From an uncultured Chloroflexia bacterium (GTDB taxonomy: Bacteria > Chloroflexota > Anaerolineae > CG2-30-64-16): a DNA stretch of 64,000 bases. Positions within the stretch are counted from its first letter, which is position 1; the number at the start of each line of letters is the position of its first letter. The stretch lies in contig CAVZDU010000005.1 in NCBI GenBank assembly GCA_963774265.1, forward strand, positions 384,001 to 448,000, written 5' to 3'. The position numbers and the translations under genes were made by a program. The notes beneath the pieces were generated by a model. That model was given only the letters and a program-made list of their open reading frames with translations. It had not been told where the DNA came from and did no database searches. Positions 1 to 9,863 of the stretch are shown here, piece by piece.

Positions 1-1
1 G

Positions 2-658
2 CTCACCGGTCCCGTCCGAGACGATCGCCCGACGCTCCGGGTGGGCGAGCTGGTGATCGGCCGCGATGCCACCGGCGACGACCTGGCCAATGCGGTCTTT
101 CGCGTGGCCAATCCCAATGCCGACCGCGGGACCGGCAGCCTGCCGTACCAGGTCACCGTGTATGACGCCCAGGACTTCGTGTTGGGCACCCAGACGGGCA
201 ACACCCCGATCGTGTTCCCGGGCGAGGAGGTGGCCGTGATCGTCTCCCGGTTCGCCATTCCTCCCGGGAGCTCGATCGCTCGCGGCGAGGTGCAGATCAG
301 CCCGCTGACGCCGGAAACTGATCTGCTCGACTTCCGCGGCCTGGGGATCGAAGGAAATCCCTTCGGAGTCACCGGCGTTGCGTACGCGGTGCAGCGCTCG
401 TCTCCGCACGTGACCTGCGTTCTCACGAACAGCTGGAAGAAGCCGATGACGCAGCCGGTGGTAGTCGTCGCAATCGCCTACGATGCCGGTGGGCGGATGG
501 TCGGTTTTGGCGCTAATCCCGTGTATAACGTGCCGGCCAACGCGCAGGTCGACGTCGACATCTGGATGACGATGGCGGTTGATTACGATGGCGTTCCCGC
601 GCGCATAGAGACCTGGGCCTACGTGAGTCATCTGTCTGACTTCAGCATTGGGCCATGA
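2..658 (+). CDS. Exported beta-sandwich protein, FxLYD-like repeats (5' truncated by window)
   Basis: Frame is open from the window start; two similar beta-rich units (VTVYDAQDFVLG / VVAIAYDAGGRMVG) resemble FxLYD domains. Confidence 0.5.
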   Translation, partial: LTGPVRDDRPTLRVGELVIGRDATGDDLANAVFRVANPNADRGTGSLPYQVTVYDAQDFVLGTQTGNTPIVFPGEEVAVIVSRFAIPPGSSIARGEVQISPLTPETDLLDFRGLGIEGNPFGVTGVAYAVQRSSPHVTCVLTNSWKKPMTQPVVVVAIAYDAGGRMVGFGANPVYNVPANAQVDVDIWMTMAVDYDGVPARIETWAYVSHLSDFSIGP

Positions 659-842
659 AGTGCTGCGTCAGGCTGCCCCGACGCGTGCCATCCTTGACGC
701 GTCTCGTTGGGGCAGCTGCCGCTGTGCAATCATCAAACACTGCGAGGCCGTAACGCGACGCTCTCCTCGCGCTCTTTAGATTACAGAAGGGCGTTGATCA
801 GCCCTGCACCAACCGTGATGTTCACCAGCGAGGAGGTGCCCC

Positions 843-3800
843 ATGTCGCAGAAGATCGATGCTTTGAAGGCCGCAGGCGACGTCGCCGGCTTGAGCAGGC
901 TCCTGGACAGCCGGAAGACCGAAGAAATGGGCGAGGCAGCCGAGGCGTTGGTGAGCCTGGGCGCCGCTGCCGTGCCGGCGCTGCTTTCCGCAGCAAAATC
1001 CCCAAAGTCCTCCGTCCGCATGGCGGCGGCGCTGGCGCTGGACTCGATCGCCCCACAAATGTATGCCGGCGCTCTCGACGAAGTAATCGCGGCCTTAGTA
1101 GGGCTGCTGGGGGATCGTGATGCGATCGTCGGCGTCGTGGCGAGCGACTCGCTTGCCAAGCTGGGGCCAGCAGCGCTGTCCCAGCTGACGGCTGTCCTGC
1201 AGGGATCCGGCAGCTCCGCGGAGCGAGCCGGGGCGGCGGAGGTGCTGGGCAAGATCGGAGACCCGGCTGCCGTCGCTGCCCTCCGGGCGGCTGCGGCTGA
1301 GGGGAGTCCGCTGGTGCGCCGTGCCTGCGAAGAAGCGCTGGTCAGGCTTGCAGAGCCAGGCCCGGCCGAGAATGCTGATGGCCTGGTCGCCGCACCTGCC
1401 GCACCCGGCGCCCCGACAGGCACGAACGACGACCTGGCCGCCGGACCGGAGGCCGAGGGTTCCCTGCCGTCCGCGTCAGCCGGTGGACCTGGACCCGTGC
1501 AAAACCTCTCGATTATCGTCGCCCACGGCAAAGTCGAGCGCGACGGCGAGCGGTGGGTCTTCCGAACCGGCGGCTTCTCCGAACGCACCATCTCCATGAC
1601 TCCACAAGCGTTGCGTTTTGCATACCTGTTCCTGCCCCAGCAGTTCAAGTGGCGGGCCATCCTGCCGTCGCAGACGCGCTACCGCTACCTGAACCTGGAC
1701 TCCTTGTCGGATGACGAGTATGCCGAGTTGGAGTCGGAGCTCGCTCGGCAATACCAAACCCTGGACGGGTTCTTCAAGTTCGTGCTGGCCGACCTCGAGG
1801 GCCGGGTGGTAATAGCCTCCTGGAAGGCCTTCCGCGAGGGCGGGATAGACCCGATCGAGGCGTTGGGCCGCACGCGCGCCGAGCGGCAGGGAAGCCGCGA
1901 TCGCTGGCTCAAGACGAACCCCAGCGTTGTGCCGCCGGGGAGCCGGGGTGCCCTGGCGAGCGCCATCAGCATGAATGCGGCCGGCGCTAGCTCCGGATCG
2001 CGTTTCATCCCTTGGGAATCGGTGGAGCATATCGAACTCGCTGAGGCTTATTCCTTACTCCTGTCGACTGTATGTTTTGTCAAATTTATCGCAAAGAAGG
2101 ATAGCCGGTTGAGAGGAATCAGGACAGCCATATCGCCCAAGCACGCGGAAGCCTGCTTCGCCGAGACGGACTTCTGGCGCTCCTTGGGCCGCACCCAGGT
2201 CTGGGCCACTGCGCCGGTGCAGGCAGCGACTGCCAACGTCCCGGCGCGAGGGGGATCACAGCCCGGCGCGCCCCCTGCCCCACCGGAGACGAGCCGCATG
2301 GCGATCGCCAGCCTCGCGACCGGGATCGCCACCTGGATCATCCTGCCCCTCGTTGGCGCCATCGCAGCTATCGTCACCGGCCACCTGGCGAAGAAGCAGA
2401 TCCGCCAGAATCCCAACCGGCTGACCGGTGCGGGCATAGCCACCGCCGGCATGACACTGGGATATGCGCAGCTCGGCATCGGGTTGCTGATCGCCATCGT
2501 GACGGGCATCGCAGCCATCGCCAGCCGGACGGCATCGCCGATGGCAACCCTGTCGCCCAGGGCAACTGCGGCGCCTGTGCGGCTGGCAGCCACGGCTGTT
2601 GCGGCCCCCACGAACGCAGGGGCCGCGGCCGCGGTCCGCTGCAGCGTGCAGGACGGCAAATGGACAGGGACGCTTGGCTTCAGCCTCTCCGGCTGCGTCA
2701 TCACCGATCCCATGCTCACCCTGATCACCAGCAAGGGCGATCAGGTTCAAGTCTACTTCTACTACCTGAACGACGAGATTCGGATCGAGAACGGCCGTCT
2801 CTCATATCGGAAGGCCCGCGATGGCGGGCAGGTAACGATCGAGGGCGCGTTCACCTCCCCGACAGAGGCCTCCGGAACCTGGGTCCTGACCAAGGGAACA
2901 AAGATCGCCGGGGGCACCGCGACTGTCACGCAGGACACCACCGGCAGCTGGACCGCTTCGCTCGGCCCGCCCCAGGCAGCCACGGCAGCGGAGGTGAGCC
3001 GTGCGTCGACCGCAGCGCCGCTCGTGGCGCCGACCAGGACACCGACCCGGACGCCCACCAGGATCCCGACCGCCACCGCCACGCCGCGGCCGTCGCCGAC
3101 CGCTAGCCCGACCACCGCTCCAACCTTGGAGGCGGCGGCCCCGGTCTCGCTGGGCGAGGCGTTGGACAAGAAGTTGGCCGACATCCAGATCCTGGGCATG
3201 GGCGGCGCATCGGGCGCGAGCATCCAGATCATTGCCAACGCGACCGGCAGCAGGTCTGTCTCGATCGAGATCGCGCCCGGCACGGTCCTGCGCAGCTCCG
3301 TCCCCGGCGAACAGGACATGGTGGTGCGGCGGCTCCTCGGCCTGCGCCAGGGCGAGCAGAGATATTCTCCCACTGAGGTCATCTTCCTCCCCGGCCTCGC
3401 CGCAGGCCCGCAGTCCTACGTCGTGGATGCCTACTGCCTCAACTTCCACAAGGGCAATCCCAGCGCGACCACGTCGATGGCCGTGGACGCCGGCAGCCTG
3501 GTGTCTCCGGCCGTTGCTGCAGTCCTGGCCGCCGCTGCCCGGGTGCCCGGAGCGGAGCAGGATATCGATGCCATCCAGGCCGCGGTCTGGACGGTAACCG
3601 ACCATCCGACCTGGCAGGAGATGGCCGATCGCGGGTATTCGCCGGAACGCCAGATGGTTGCCGCACTGCTGCAGTCCGCGCGCCTCGACCAGGAGTGTGC
3701 GCAGTTGTTCGGGCAAGCTTGCACGGTGCCGGACTGCTTGCAGAGCAACCCGACCGGGCTGGGCGGGACGCGTAGCGGACCCTGCGTCAGCAGGGTCTGG

Positions 3801-5336
3801 CAGCCCGACGCCGCGACGCCTGCGCCGGCGCCAATGCCCACGACGGCCGTCGTTGCTACGACCACGGTTCTCGATACGCAAGTCCTGAAGCTCTTCGCAC
3901 CCGGCCCGGACACCGCCGGCATCGCGGTCACCAGGGACGCCATCTGGGTGGCGGACGGCGAACAAAAGCGCATCCACCACCTGGACCGCAGCGGCGCGCC
4001 CGTGGGTTCGTTCCAGGTCAAAGCGCAGGGTGAATTCCGCGGCCTGGCCTGGGACGGCGAGGCGCTGCGGCTGCTGGTGCACGACTACCAGTTGGGCAGC
4101 CAGGTGATCCGCCTCGATGTGCAGGGCAAGGTCCTTTCCACCTTCACGGTGCCGGCCGACCTCCGCGATCTCACGTGGAACGCGGTCGACGAGTCCTTCT
4201 GGACCATCGTCTCAGGGTCAGATGGCTTCCTGCTGGAGCTCGGCGCCGGTGGCGAGCTGCGGCAGACGCTCAACGTGCCGGTGTTCGGCAGCATGGAGAG
4301 CCTGGCCTGGGCGCCGGACGGCCTCTGGATGCTAAGCGGGTTCGGGAAATGGCATCGATTCAGCTTCGATGGGGAATACCTCGCGTCAGCTGAGCTGCCG
4401 ATGGAGGTATTCGCCAAAGATCCGGCGTTGGCCTGGGATGGGGACGGTTTTCTCTGGGTCAGCGTGGCGGACACACGCGAGATCTATCAGTTCGCTTTAC
4501 GCCAGGCGGCAGTCGATGTAGAATTGCCATCGGAACTCCGCTCAAGCTCGGAGGCGGGTGTGGAGGGCCAATTGCCCCTGCCGCGGCCGTCTTTCCGGGC
4601 CTTGCCGGGCAGCACCAACGCCATCCTCCACGTGGCCAATGGTCTCTCTGCGCCGCTCATCGTGGCGCTGGACAGCACCAGCGGCGGCGACGTACACCAG
4701 TCGGCCGCCGCAGCACCGGGCGAGACCTGGTCGGCCGCGATCGCCAAAGGCGGCGCCTTCACCCTTTTCGTCGGCGCCAACGCAGCGGAGCCGGTCGCCT
4801 ACTACGGCAAAATCTTGCTTCTCGCCGGCTATGAGTACACCTGGGTCATCGGAGATGCCGTGACGATCACCCCACCGCCCGCGGCCACCGCCACGCCGTC
4901 CGTCCCGCTCGCCTCGGCCACGGCCGTCCCCCCGACCGCGGCGCCGACTGCCCGGGGTGCGGCTCCGCCGACCGCGGCTCCGACCCGCGCGGCCACCCAG
5001 CCTAAACCGGCGACTGCGCCGGCAGCTGCCTGCGCGGACTCGCGGGCCCGGATCACCTACCCGGCCAATGGCGCGGCCATTTCCGGAGTGACCAATTTCC
5101 TCGGCACAGCCAACCTGCCGGACCAGGCCTATTACAAGTTCGAGTACAAGCCTGCCAGCTCCCCGACCTGGCAGTACCTTACCCAGGTTGACGGCAAGAC
5201 GGTGATCAACGACAAGCTGATGGACTTCTTTACCACGACCATCGCGCCGGGCGTATACGACTTCCGACTGATTGCGGTGGACCGATCAGGCAACTATCCG
5301 TCGCCGTGCGAGATTCGGCTGACGGTGCAGCGGTGA
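843..5336 (+). CDS. 1497-aa multidomain membrane protein: HEAT repeats, DUF4190-like TM pair, P/T/A stalks, thioester(TED)-like domain, beta-propeller, C-terminal Ig-like domain
   Basis: RBS GAGGAGG; HEAT-like RAGAAEVLGKIGDP; DUF4190-like MAIASLATGI..GHLAKKQIR..GAGIATAG; YCLN and IQAAVW motifs; GLAWDG/LAWAPDG propeller blades. Confidence 0.75.
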   Translation: MSQKIDALKAAGDVAGLSRLLDSRKTEEMGEAAEALVSLGAAAVPALLSAAKSPKSSVRMAAALALDSIAPQMYAGALDEVIAALVGLLGDRDAIVGVVASDSLAKLGPAALSQLTAVLQGSGSSAERAGAAEVLGKIGDPAAVAALRAAAAEGSPLVRRACEEALVRLAEPGPAENADGLVAAPAAPGAPTGTNDDLAAGPEAEGSLPSASAGGPGPVQNLSIIVAHGKVERDGERWVFRTGGFSERTISMTPQALRFAYLFLPQQFKWRAILPSQTRYRYLNLDSLSDDEYAELESELARQYQTLDGFFKFVLADLEGRVVIASWKAFREGGIDPIEALGRTRAERQGSRDRWLKTNPSVVPPGSRGALASAISMNAAGASSGSRFIPWESVEHIELAEAYSLLLSTVCFVKFIAKKDSRLRGIRTAISPKHAEACFAETDFWRSLGRTQVWATAPVQAATANVPARGGSQPGAPPAPPETSRMAIASLATGIATWIILPLVGAIAAIVTGHLAKKQIRQNPNRLTGAGIATAGMTLGYAQLGIGLLIAIVTGIAAIASRTASPMATLSPRATAAPVRLAATAVAAPTNAGAAAAVRCSVQDGKWTGTLGFSLSGCVITDPMLTLITSKGDQVQVYFYYLNDEIRIENGRLSYRKARDGGQVTIEGAFTSPTEASGTWVLTKGTKIAGGTATVTQDTTGSWTASLGPPQAATAAEVSRASTAAPLVAPTRTPTRTPTRIPTATATPRPSPTASPTTAPTLEAAAPVSLGEALDKKLADIQILGMGGASGASIQIIANATGSRSVSIEIAPGTVLRSSVPGEQDMVVRRLLGLRQGEQRYSPTEVIFLPGLAAGPQSYVVDAYCLNFHKGNPSATTSMAVDAGSLVSPAVAAVLAAAARVPGAEQDIDAIQAAVWTVTDHPTWQEMADRGYSPERQMVAALLQSARLDQECAQLFGQACTVPDCLQSNPTGLGGTRSGPCVSRVWQPDAATPAPAPMPTTAVVATTTVLDTQVLKLFAPGPDTAGIAVTRDAIWVADGEQKRIHHLDRSGAPVGSFQVKAQGEFRGLAWDGEALRLLVHDYQLGSQVIRLDVQGKVLSTFTVPADLRDLTWNAVDESFWTIVSGSDGFLLELGAGGELRQTLNVPVFGSMESLAWAPDGLWMLSGFGKWHRFSFDGEYLASAELPMEVFAKDPALAWDGDGFLWVSVADTREIYQFALRQAAVDVELPSELRSSSEAGVEGQLPLPRPSFRALPGSTNAILHVANGLSAPLIVALDSTSGGDVHQSAAAAPGETWSAAIAKGGAFTLFVGANAAEPVAYYGKILLLAGYEYTWVIGDAVTITPPPAATATPSVPLASATAVPPTAAPTARGAAPPTAAPTRAATQPKPATAPAAACADSRARITYPANGAAISGVTNFLGTANLPDQAYYKFEYKPASSPTWQYLTQVDGKTVINDKLMDFFTTTIAPGVYDFRLIAVDRSGNYPSPCEIRLTVQR

Positions 5337-5392
5337 GTTGGCTGGAGTGCAACCGTCCTTACAAGAGGGACAACGCAGAAAGGGGTGCTCTT

Positions 5393-7612
5393 ATGTGTCA
5401 GGAAGATCACATCATCCGCAGCAGAAATCGGTCAGCCAAAGGCGCCTTTGCGTTTCGCCCGACGGCCGCACGCATGAGACGCGCTGGCTTCGTACGGACA
5501 TGCCTGCTGCTGACGCTGCTCGCCGCCTGTCTGCCGGCATCGCTGGCAGGAGCGCAAGCCCTCGAAGGAAACGCGGCCGAAACGGCAGCTTCGCCAGAGG
5601 CCGCCATCTGGAGTCTCTATCCGATCTATGGCGGCAACATGGAGGCACTGGTCAGCGATCCCAACAACTCCCAGGTGTTCTACGCCGGCACCGAAAGCGC
5701 AGGTGTGTTCAAGGCCACCGATGCAGGCTCGACCTGGCAGCCGGCGCGCAGCGGCCTTCCCCCCACTGCAAAGGTGATCAGCCTGGCGGTGGACCCGCAA
5801 AATTCGAACTCCCTGTACGCGGGCACGGACGAGGTGGGCATCATCTGGAAATCGCAGGACGCGGGCGCAACGTGGACGAACATCACCCATAACATGGAGA
5901 CTGGCACGTTCGCCGACGCGTATTTGCCGTACAACATCGTCGTCGATCCGAACAACAGCAACACCGTTTACGTGGGCCTGGGAGGCTACGCCGGGCAGAT
6001 CTACAAGACGACCGACGGCGGCGCCATCTGGTGGGTGATGGACAACGGCATCCCCCGGGACGATGACACGTACACCGACGAGATCACGGCGTTAGCCATC
6101 GATCCCACTCAGTCCTCCGTATTGTACGCGGGGGTGCGCAAGGACGGCGTTTACAAGACCATCGACGGCGGTGCAAACTGGACGCCCCTGAACGAGGGCG
6201 TGCCATTTTACAGAGATGAATACAAAGAGGTGACCGCGCTTGCGGTCGACCACCTGCACGACAACCGGCCCGCAGGCATCATTGACGGCAAGTACTATGT
6301 CTTCGGGACCGACAACAAGTGGTCCCTGGTCAGCACGGGCTACGGGATCAACAGCAGCTGGGAGCACGCGCATCTGGTCTTCCATCCCACCGACACCAAC
6401 ATCATCTACAGTGCGGGAGATCAGCTGACCAAGAGCAGCGATGGCGGGATAACCTGGGTGTCAATCTCCGGTGATTCTTACAGCTGGGGGCATCCCGACA
6501 TGGCCTTTCACCGGTCGGCTCCGAACGCGCTCCTGGCCGCCAACCAGGTGACCTATGGCGACAGAGCGGCCGGCGTGCGGAAGTCGCTGAACGGCGGCGT
6601 CAACTGGATCGATGCCTCGTCGGGCATTGCCGCCCACCCGATCCAGGGCGTCGCAATTGATCCACAGAACGCGAACAACCTTTACGCCGGACGCTCGGAG
6701 GGGTATTCGGGCGTCTGGCGGAGCACCAATCGCGGCGTCACCTGGGACTACACCGCGACCGACGGCCAGATCCAGGATATTGTCGTGGATCCGCTCGATT
6801 CCATGAAGGTCTATGCCGCCGCCGATTATTACTTCATGGTTTCCAACGACCAGGGTGTCAGCTTCACGGTCATTGAAGATGTCAACGCAACCTGCCTGGC
6901 CGTCACGCCTGGCGCCTCGAACCCCGTGTATGCAGGCGGCCGCGATGGTGTATACAAAAGCATCGACGGCGGCCTGACATGGGTGCCTAAGGACAGCACC
7001 TTCCCAACCAACAGTAGTGGCGACCCAGCGCAGGTCATGAGCCTGGCCGTGGACCCCAACAACACGGCCATCGTCTGGGCGGGGACTGCCGTGGAAGGCC
7101 TGGTGCGGTCGCCGGACGGCGGTGAAAGCTGGCAGTATAAGGGCTTCCTCGACATGCCTGACGTCGACGCGGTGGCCGTCAGGCCCGGAGACAGCAATAC
7201 GATCCTGGTGGGAACCGGAGACTACCGCGGGTCGGGCGGCAGGACCGGCGGGATCTATAAGTCCACCGACGGCGGGCAGACGTGGCAGCCGAAGCAGCTC
7301 GGTGCGAGCACCATCACGGACTTTGTATTCGATCCCAGGAATCCCGACTGGGTCTACGCCGGTACGGGCTACGTGCCGAGTTACGGACCCGGGGGCACGG
7401 AGGGGATCGGGGTGCTGCGCTCCGTCGACGGCGGCGAGCATTGGTCCGTCTACAGCTCCGGGCTGTTCAACCAGGTGGTTTTCTCGCTGGCAATCAGCTC
7501 TGAGGAATCGCCTTTGCTCCTGGCCGGCACGATGGGATCGGGGTTGTACGGCACACAACCCTCACAGCCTCCGCCTATGCGGCGGTTCTACGTGCCGCTG
7601 ATTGCGAAGTAG
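5393..7612 (+). CDS. Secreted BNR/Asp-box (VPS10/YCF48-like) beta-propeller protein
   Basis: Signal-like LLLTLLAACLPASLAGAQA; many S/T-x-D-G-G-x-T-W Asp boxes; C-terminal RRFYVPLIAK; start codon uncertain. Confidence 0.8.
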   Translation: MCQEDHIIRSRNRSAKGAFAFRPTAARMRRAGFVRTCLLLTLLAACLPASLAGAQALEGNAAETAASPEAAIWSLYPIYGGNMEALVSDPNNSQVFYAGTESAGVFKATDAGSTWQPARSGLPPTAKVISLAVDPQNSNSLYAGTDEVGIIWKSQDAGATWTNITHNMETGTFADAYLPYNIVVDPNNSNTVYVGLGGYAGQIYKTTDGGAIWWVMDNGIPRDDDTYTDEITALAIDPTQSSVLYAGVRKDGVYKTIDGGANWTPLNEGVPFYRDEYKEVTALAVDHLHDNRPAGIIDGKYYVFGTDNKWSLVSTGYGINSSWEHAHLVFHPTDTNIIYSAGDQLTKSSDGGITWVSISGDSYSWGHPDMAFHRSAPNALLAANQVTYGDRAAGVRKSLNGGVNWIDASSGIAAHPIQGVAIDPQNANNLYAGRSEGYSGVWRSTNRGVTWDYTATDGQIQDIVVDPLDSMKVYAAADYYFMVSNDQGVSFTVIEDVNATCLAVTPGASNPVYAGGRDGVYKSIDGGLTWVPKDSTFPTNSSGDPAQVMSLAVDPNNTAIVWAGTAVEGLVRSPDGGESWQYKGFLDMPDVDAVAVRPGDSNTILVGTGDYRGSGGRTGGIYKSTDGGQTWQPKQLGASTITDFVFDPRNPDWVYAGTGYVPSYGPGGTEGIGVLRSVDGGEHWSVYSSGLFNQVVFSLAISSEESPLLLAGTMGSGLYGTQPSQPPPMRRFYVPLIAK

Positions 7613-7624
7613 TAGAAGGCGCGG

Positions 7625-7650
7625 AGGGCAGGCCAGACATGGCCTGCCCT
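7625..7650. terminator. Hairpin between convergent genes
   Basis: AGGGCAGGCCA-gaca-TGGCCTGCCCT 11-bp stem. Confidence 0.55.
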
Positions 7651-7688
7651 GCTTCCTCGTTGCCAGGGGATTTGGACCCTTGCACTAC

Positions 7689-8687
7689 CTAGAATCGCGC
7701 CAGGTCGAGCGCCTCCCGGTAGATCTTCTCCGCGTTCGGCCGGTACGCGTCCTCGAGTGGAGGGCTGAAGGGGACCGGGGTGTCGAGCCCGCCGAGGCGG
7801 CGCACCGGGCCGTCCAGGTAGCGAAACGCGCGGTCGGAGATGAGGGCCGCAATCTCGGCGCCCAGGCCGGCAAGCCGGTTCGCGGAGTGGACGACCAGCA
7901 CCTTGCCGGTCTTGCTTGCACTTTCGAGGATCGCACCCTCGTCGAGCGGCTTGAGCGTCCGCAGGTCCAACACGTCGCATTCAACGCCGTCGGCCGCGAG
8001 CCGCTCGGCGGCCGCCAAGGCCTGGTGTACCTGTGCGCCGTAGGTGATGATGGACAGGTCGGCACCCGCGCGGGCGAGGCGCGCCACCCCGATCGGGACG
8101 ACGTATTCCCCGGACGGCACAGGACCGGTCAGCGAGCGGTACAAGGGTTTGCTCTCGAAGTAGATCACGGGGTTGTTATCGCGGATCGCGGCGGAGAGCA
8201 AGCCCTTCGCATCCGCGGGCGTGGCGGGCGCGACGACCTTGAGCCCGGGCGTGTGCACGAACCACGCTTCGGGGTTCTGGCTGTGGAACGGGCCGGAATG
8301 CAGCCCGCCGTCGGAAGGCGCTCGGATCACCAGGGGGACGGCCGCGCCCCAGCGATAATGCGAGGTCGCCGCGAGCTGCACGATGCTGTCGAACGCGGTG
8401 CTGATGAAGTCCGCGAACTGCATCTCCACCACGGGCCGCAGCCCCATGAATGCCATGCCCACGGCCATGCCGGTGAATCCCAATTCGGCGAGCGGCGTGT
8501 TCATCACCCGCTTGGGGCCAAATTCCGCGGCGAGCCCTTTGGTGGCCTTGAACGCGCCGCCGAAGTCACCACCCACGTCCTCGCCCATGACGAGCACGTC
8601 CGCGTCGCGGCGCATCTCCTCTGCCAGCGCTTCGGTGATCGCGGCCAGGTAGGTGAGCGTGCGTTCCTCGCTTGTGCCGGCGCTCAA
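7689..8687 (-). CDS. 2-oxoacid (pyruvate/branched-chain/acetoin) dehydrogenase E1 beta subunit
   Basis: GEDVG..GGAFKAT, NTPLAE, VVEMQFADF, HSQ, GLKVVAP motifs. Confidence 0.93.
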   Translation of the reverse strand: MSAGTSEERTLTYLAAITEALAEEMRRDADVLVMGEDVGGDFGGAFKATKGLAAEFGPKRVMNTPLAELGFTGMAVGMAFMGLRPVVEMQFADFISTAFDSIVQLAATSHYRWGAAVPLVIRAPSDGGLHSGPFHSQNPEAWFVHTPGLKVVAPATPADAKGLLSAAIRDNNPVIYFESKPLYRSLTGPVPSGEYVVPIGVARLARAGADLSIITYGAQVHQALAAAERLAADGVECDVLDLRTLKPLDEGAILESASKTGKVLVVHSANRLAGLGAEIAALISDRAFRYLDGPVRRLGGLDTPVPFSPPLEDAYRPNAEKIYREALDLARF

Positions 8688-9721
8688 CGCTGCACCTCCG
8701 GACGCAGGTTACGGGTTGCAGGTTGCGGGTTTTTCCCCGCGCCCGGCGACTCAGCATAGACGCCCTCCGTCACCGTCTCTGGGCGAGGCAGGGGGCTGGC
8801 TTCCGCGAACGTCACCGCGTCCGTCACTTCCACCTGGCAGCGGCCTTCGATCTCGTCCAGTTCCACCGGATCCGTGACGCCTTCCTGCACCAGCCGCGCG
8901 GCATAGCCGATTACGGGGTCGCGCGCCTCCCACTCAGCCAACAGCCCCGCGGGCACGTATTCCGCGCCGTCGTGGATGGCGTGGCCGAGCATGCGCATCG
9001 TCTTCGCCTCGATGAGGGTCGGTCCGCCGCCCCGGCGCGCTCTTTCGATGGCTTCAGCGGCCACATTGTAGACCGCCTCCACGTCGTTGCCGTCCACGGA
9101 CAGCCCCGGGATGCCGTAGCCCCCGGCGCGTTGCGCGATCTCGGTCACCTTCATCGTGTCGTGCGTGGGGGTGGAGTAGGCGTACTGGTTGTTTTCGACC
9201 ACTACCACCAGCGGCGCGTTGTAGAGGCTGGCCATGTTCAGCGTCTCGTGAAACAACCCGGCATTGCTCGCGCCATCGCCGGTGAAGGCGACCGCGACGC
9301 GCGGTTCGTCACGATAACGAAAAGACATCGCCGCACCGAGCCCCACGGGCAGCGACTGGGGCAGGTGGCTGATGAAGCTGAAGATGCCGAGATCCAGGTC
9401 ACCGACGCCGTGCAGGTTCACGTCGCGGCCGCCGGTCGGCCCCGTCTCGCGGCCCAGCAGGTTGGCGAACATGCGCCGCGGGGTGATGCCGCGCAGTAGA
9501 AACGTGCCCAGGTCGCGGTGCATGGGAGCGACCACGTCGTCGGGGCCGAGCGCGTAGCCGACGCCCACGCTGGTCGCCTCATGGCCGCGCTGGGAGAAGG
9601 TGCCGCCCACCCCGCGGCCCTGTTTCCAGAGCGCCACCATGCGCTCGTCGAAGGTGCGCGTCAGGCGCATCCAATAGTAGAGTTCGAGCTTCTGTTGCGA
9701 TTCAAGTTTGGCTGGATTCAT
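8684..9721 (-). CDS. 2-oxoacid dehydrogenase E1 alpha subunit (TPP-dependent)
   Basis: TPP motif GDGASNAGLFHETLN..ENNQYA; VDGND; GHAIHD; 4-nt overlap with E1 beta. Confidence 0.93.
   Translation of the reverse strand: MNPAKLESQQKLELYYWMRLTRTFDERMVALWKQGRGVGGTFSQRGHEATSVGVGYALGPDDVVAPMHRDLGTFLLRGITPRRMFANLLGRETGPTGGRDVNLHGVGDLDLGIFSFISHLPQSLPVGLGAAMSFRYRDEPRVAVAFTGDGASNAGLFHETLNMASLYNAPLVVVVENNQYAYSTPTHDTMKVTEIAQRAGGYGIPGLSVDGNDVEAVYNVAAEAIERARRGGGPTLIEAKTMRMLGHAIHDGAEYVPAGLLAEWEARDPVIGYAARLVQEGVTDPVELDEIEGRCQVEVTDAVTFAEASPLPRPETVTEGVYAESPGAGKNPQPATRNLRPEVQR
8704..8731. repeat. Four degenerate heptamers (GCAGGTT/ACGGGTT/GCAGGTT/GCGGGTT) in the E1 alpha tail
   Basis: Read directly from the sequence. 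Confidence 0.5.
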
Positions 9722-9794
9722 ATGGCCGGATTATAAACCGCAGCGCGCCTACGACAAACTGCCGGAATTTTCCAAACGAGTTTTCGCAAAAGAC

Positions 9795-9840
9795 TTGACA
9801 AGATTGAACAAACATGATATATATGTATACAGTTTGTATA
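9795..9840 (+). promoter_or_regulatory. Sigma70-like promoter and palindromic operator upstream of ABC permease
   Basis: TTGACA 9795-9800, AT-rich -10 near 9818-9823, palindrome TATACA-gtt-TGTATA 9826-9840. Confidence 0.55.
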
Positions 9841-9863
9841 AGTAAGCGAAGCGTGGAGGATAT

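Noticed and set aside
7689-9721. E1 alpha/beta without E2/E3 as a novel enzyme
   Set aside because: Split 2-oxoacid dehydrogenase loci are common; partners may lie elsewhere in the genome
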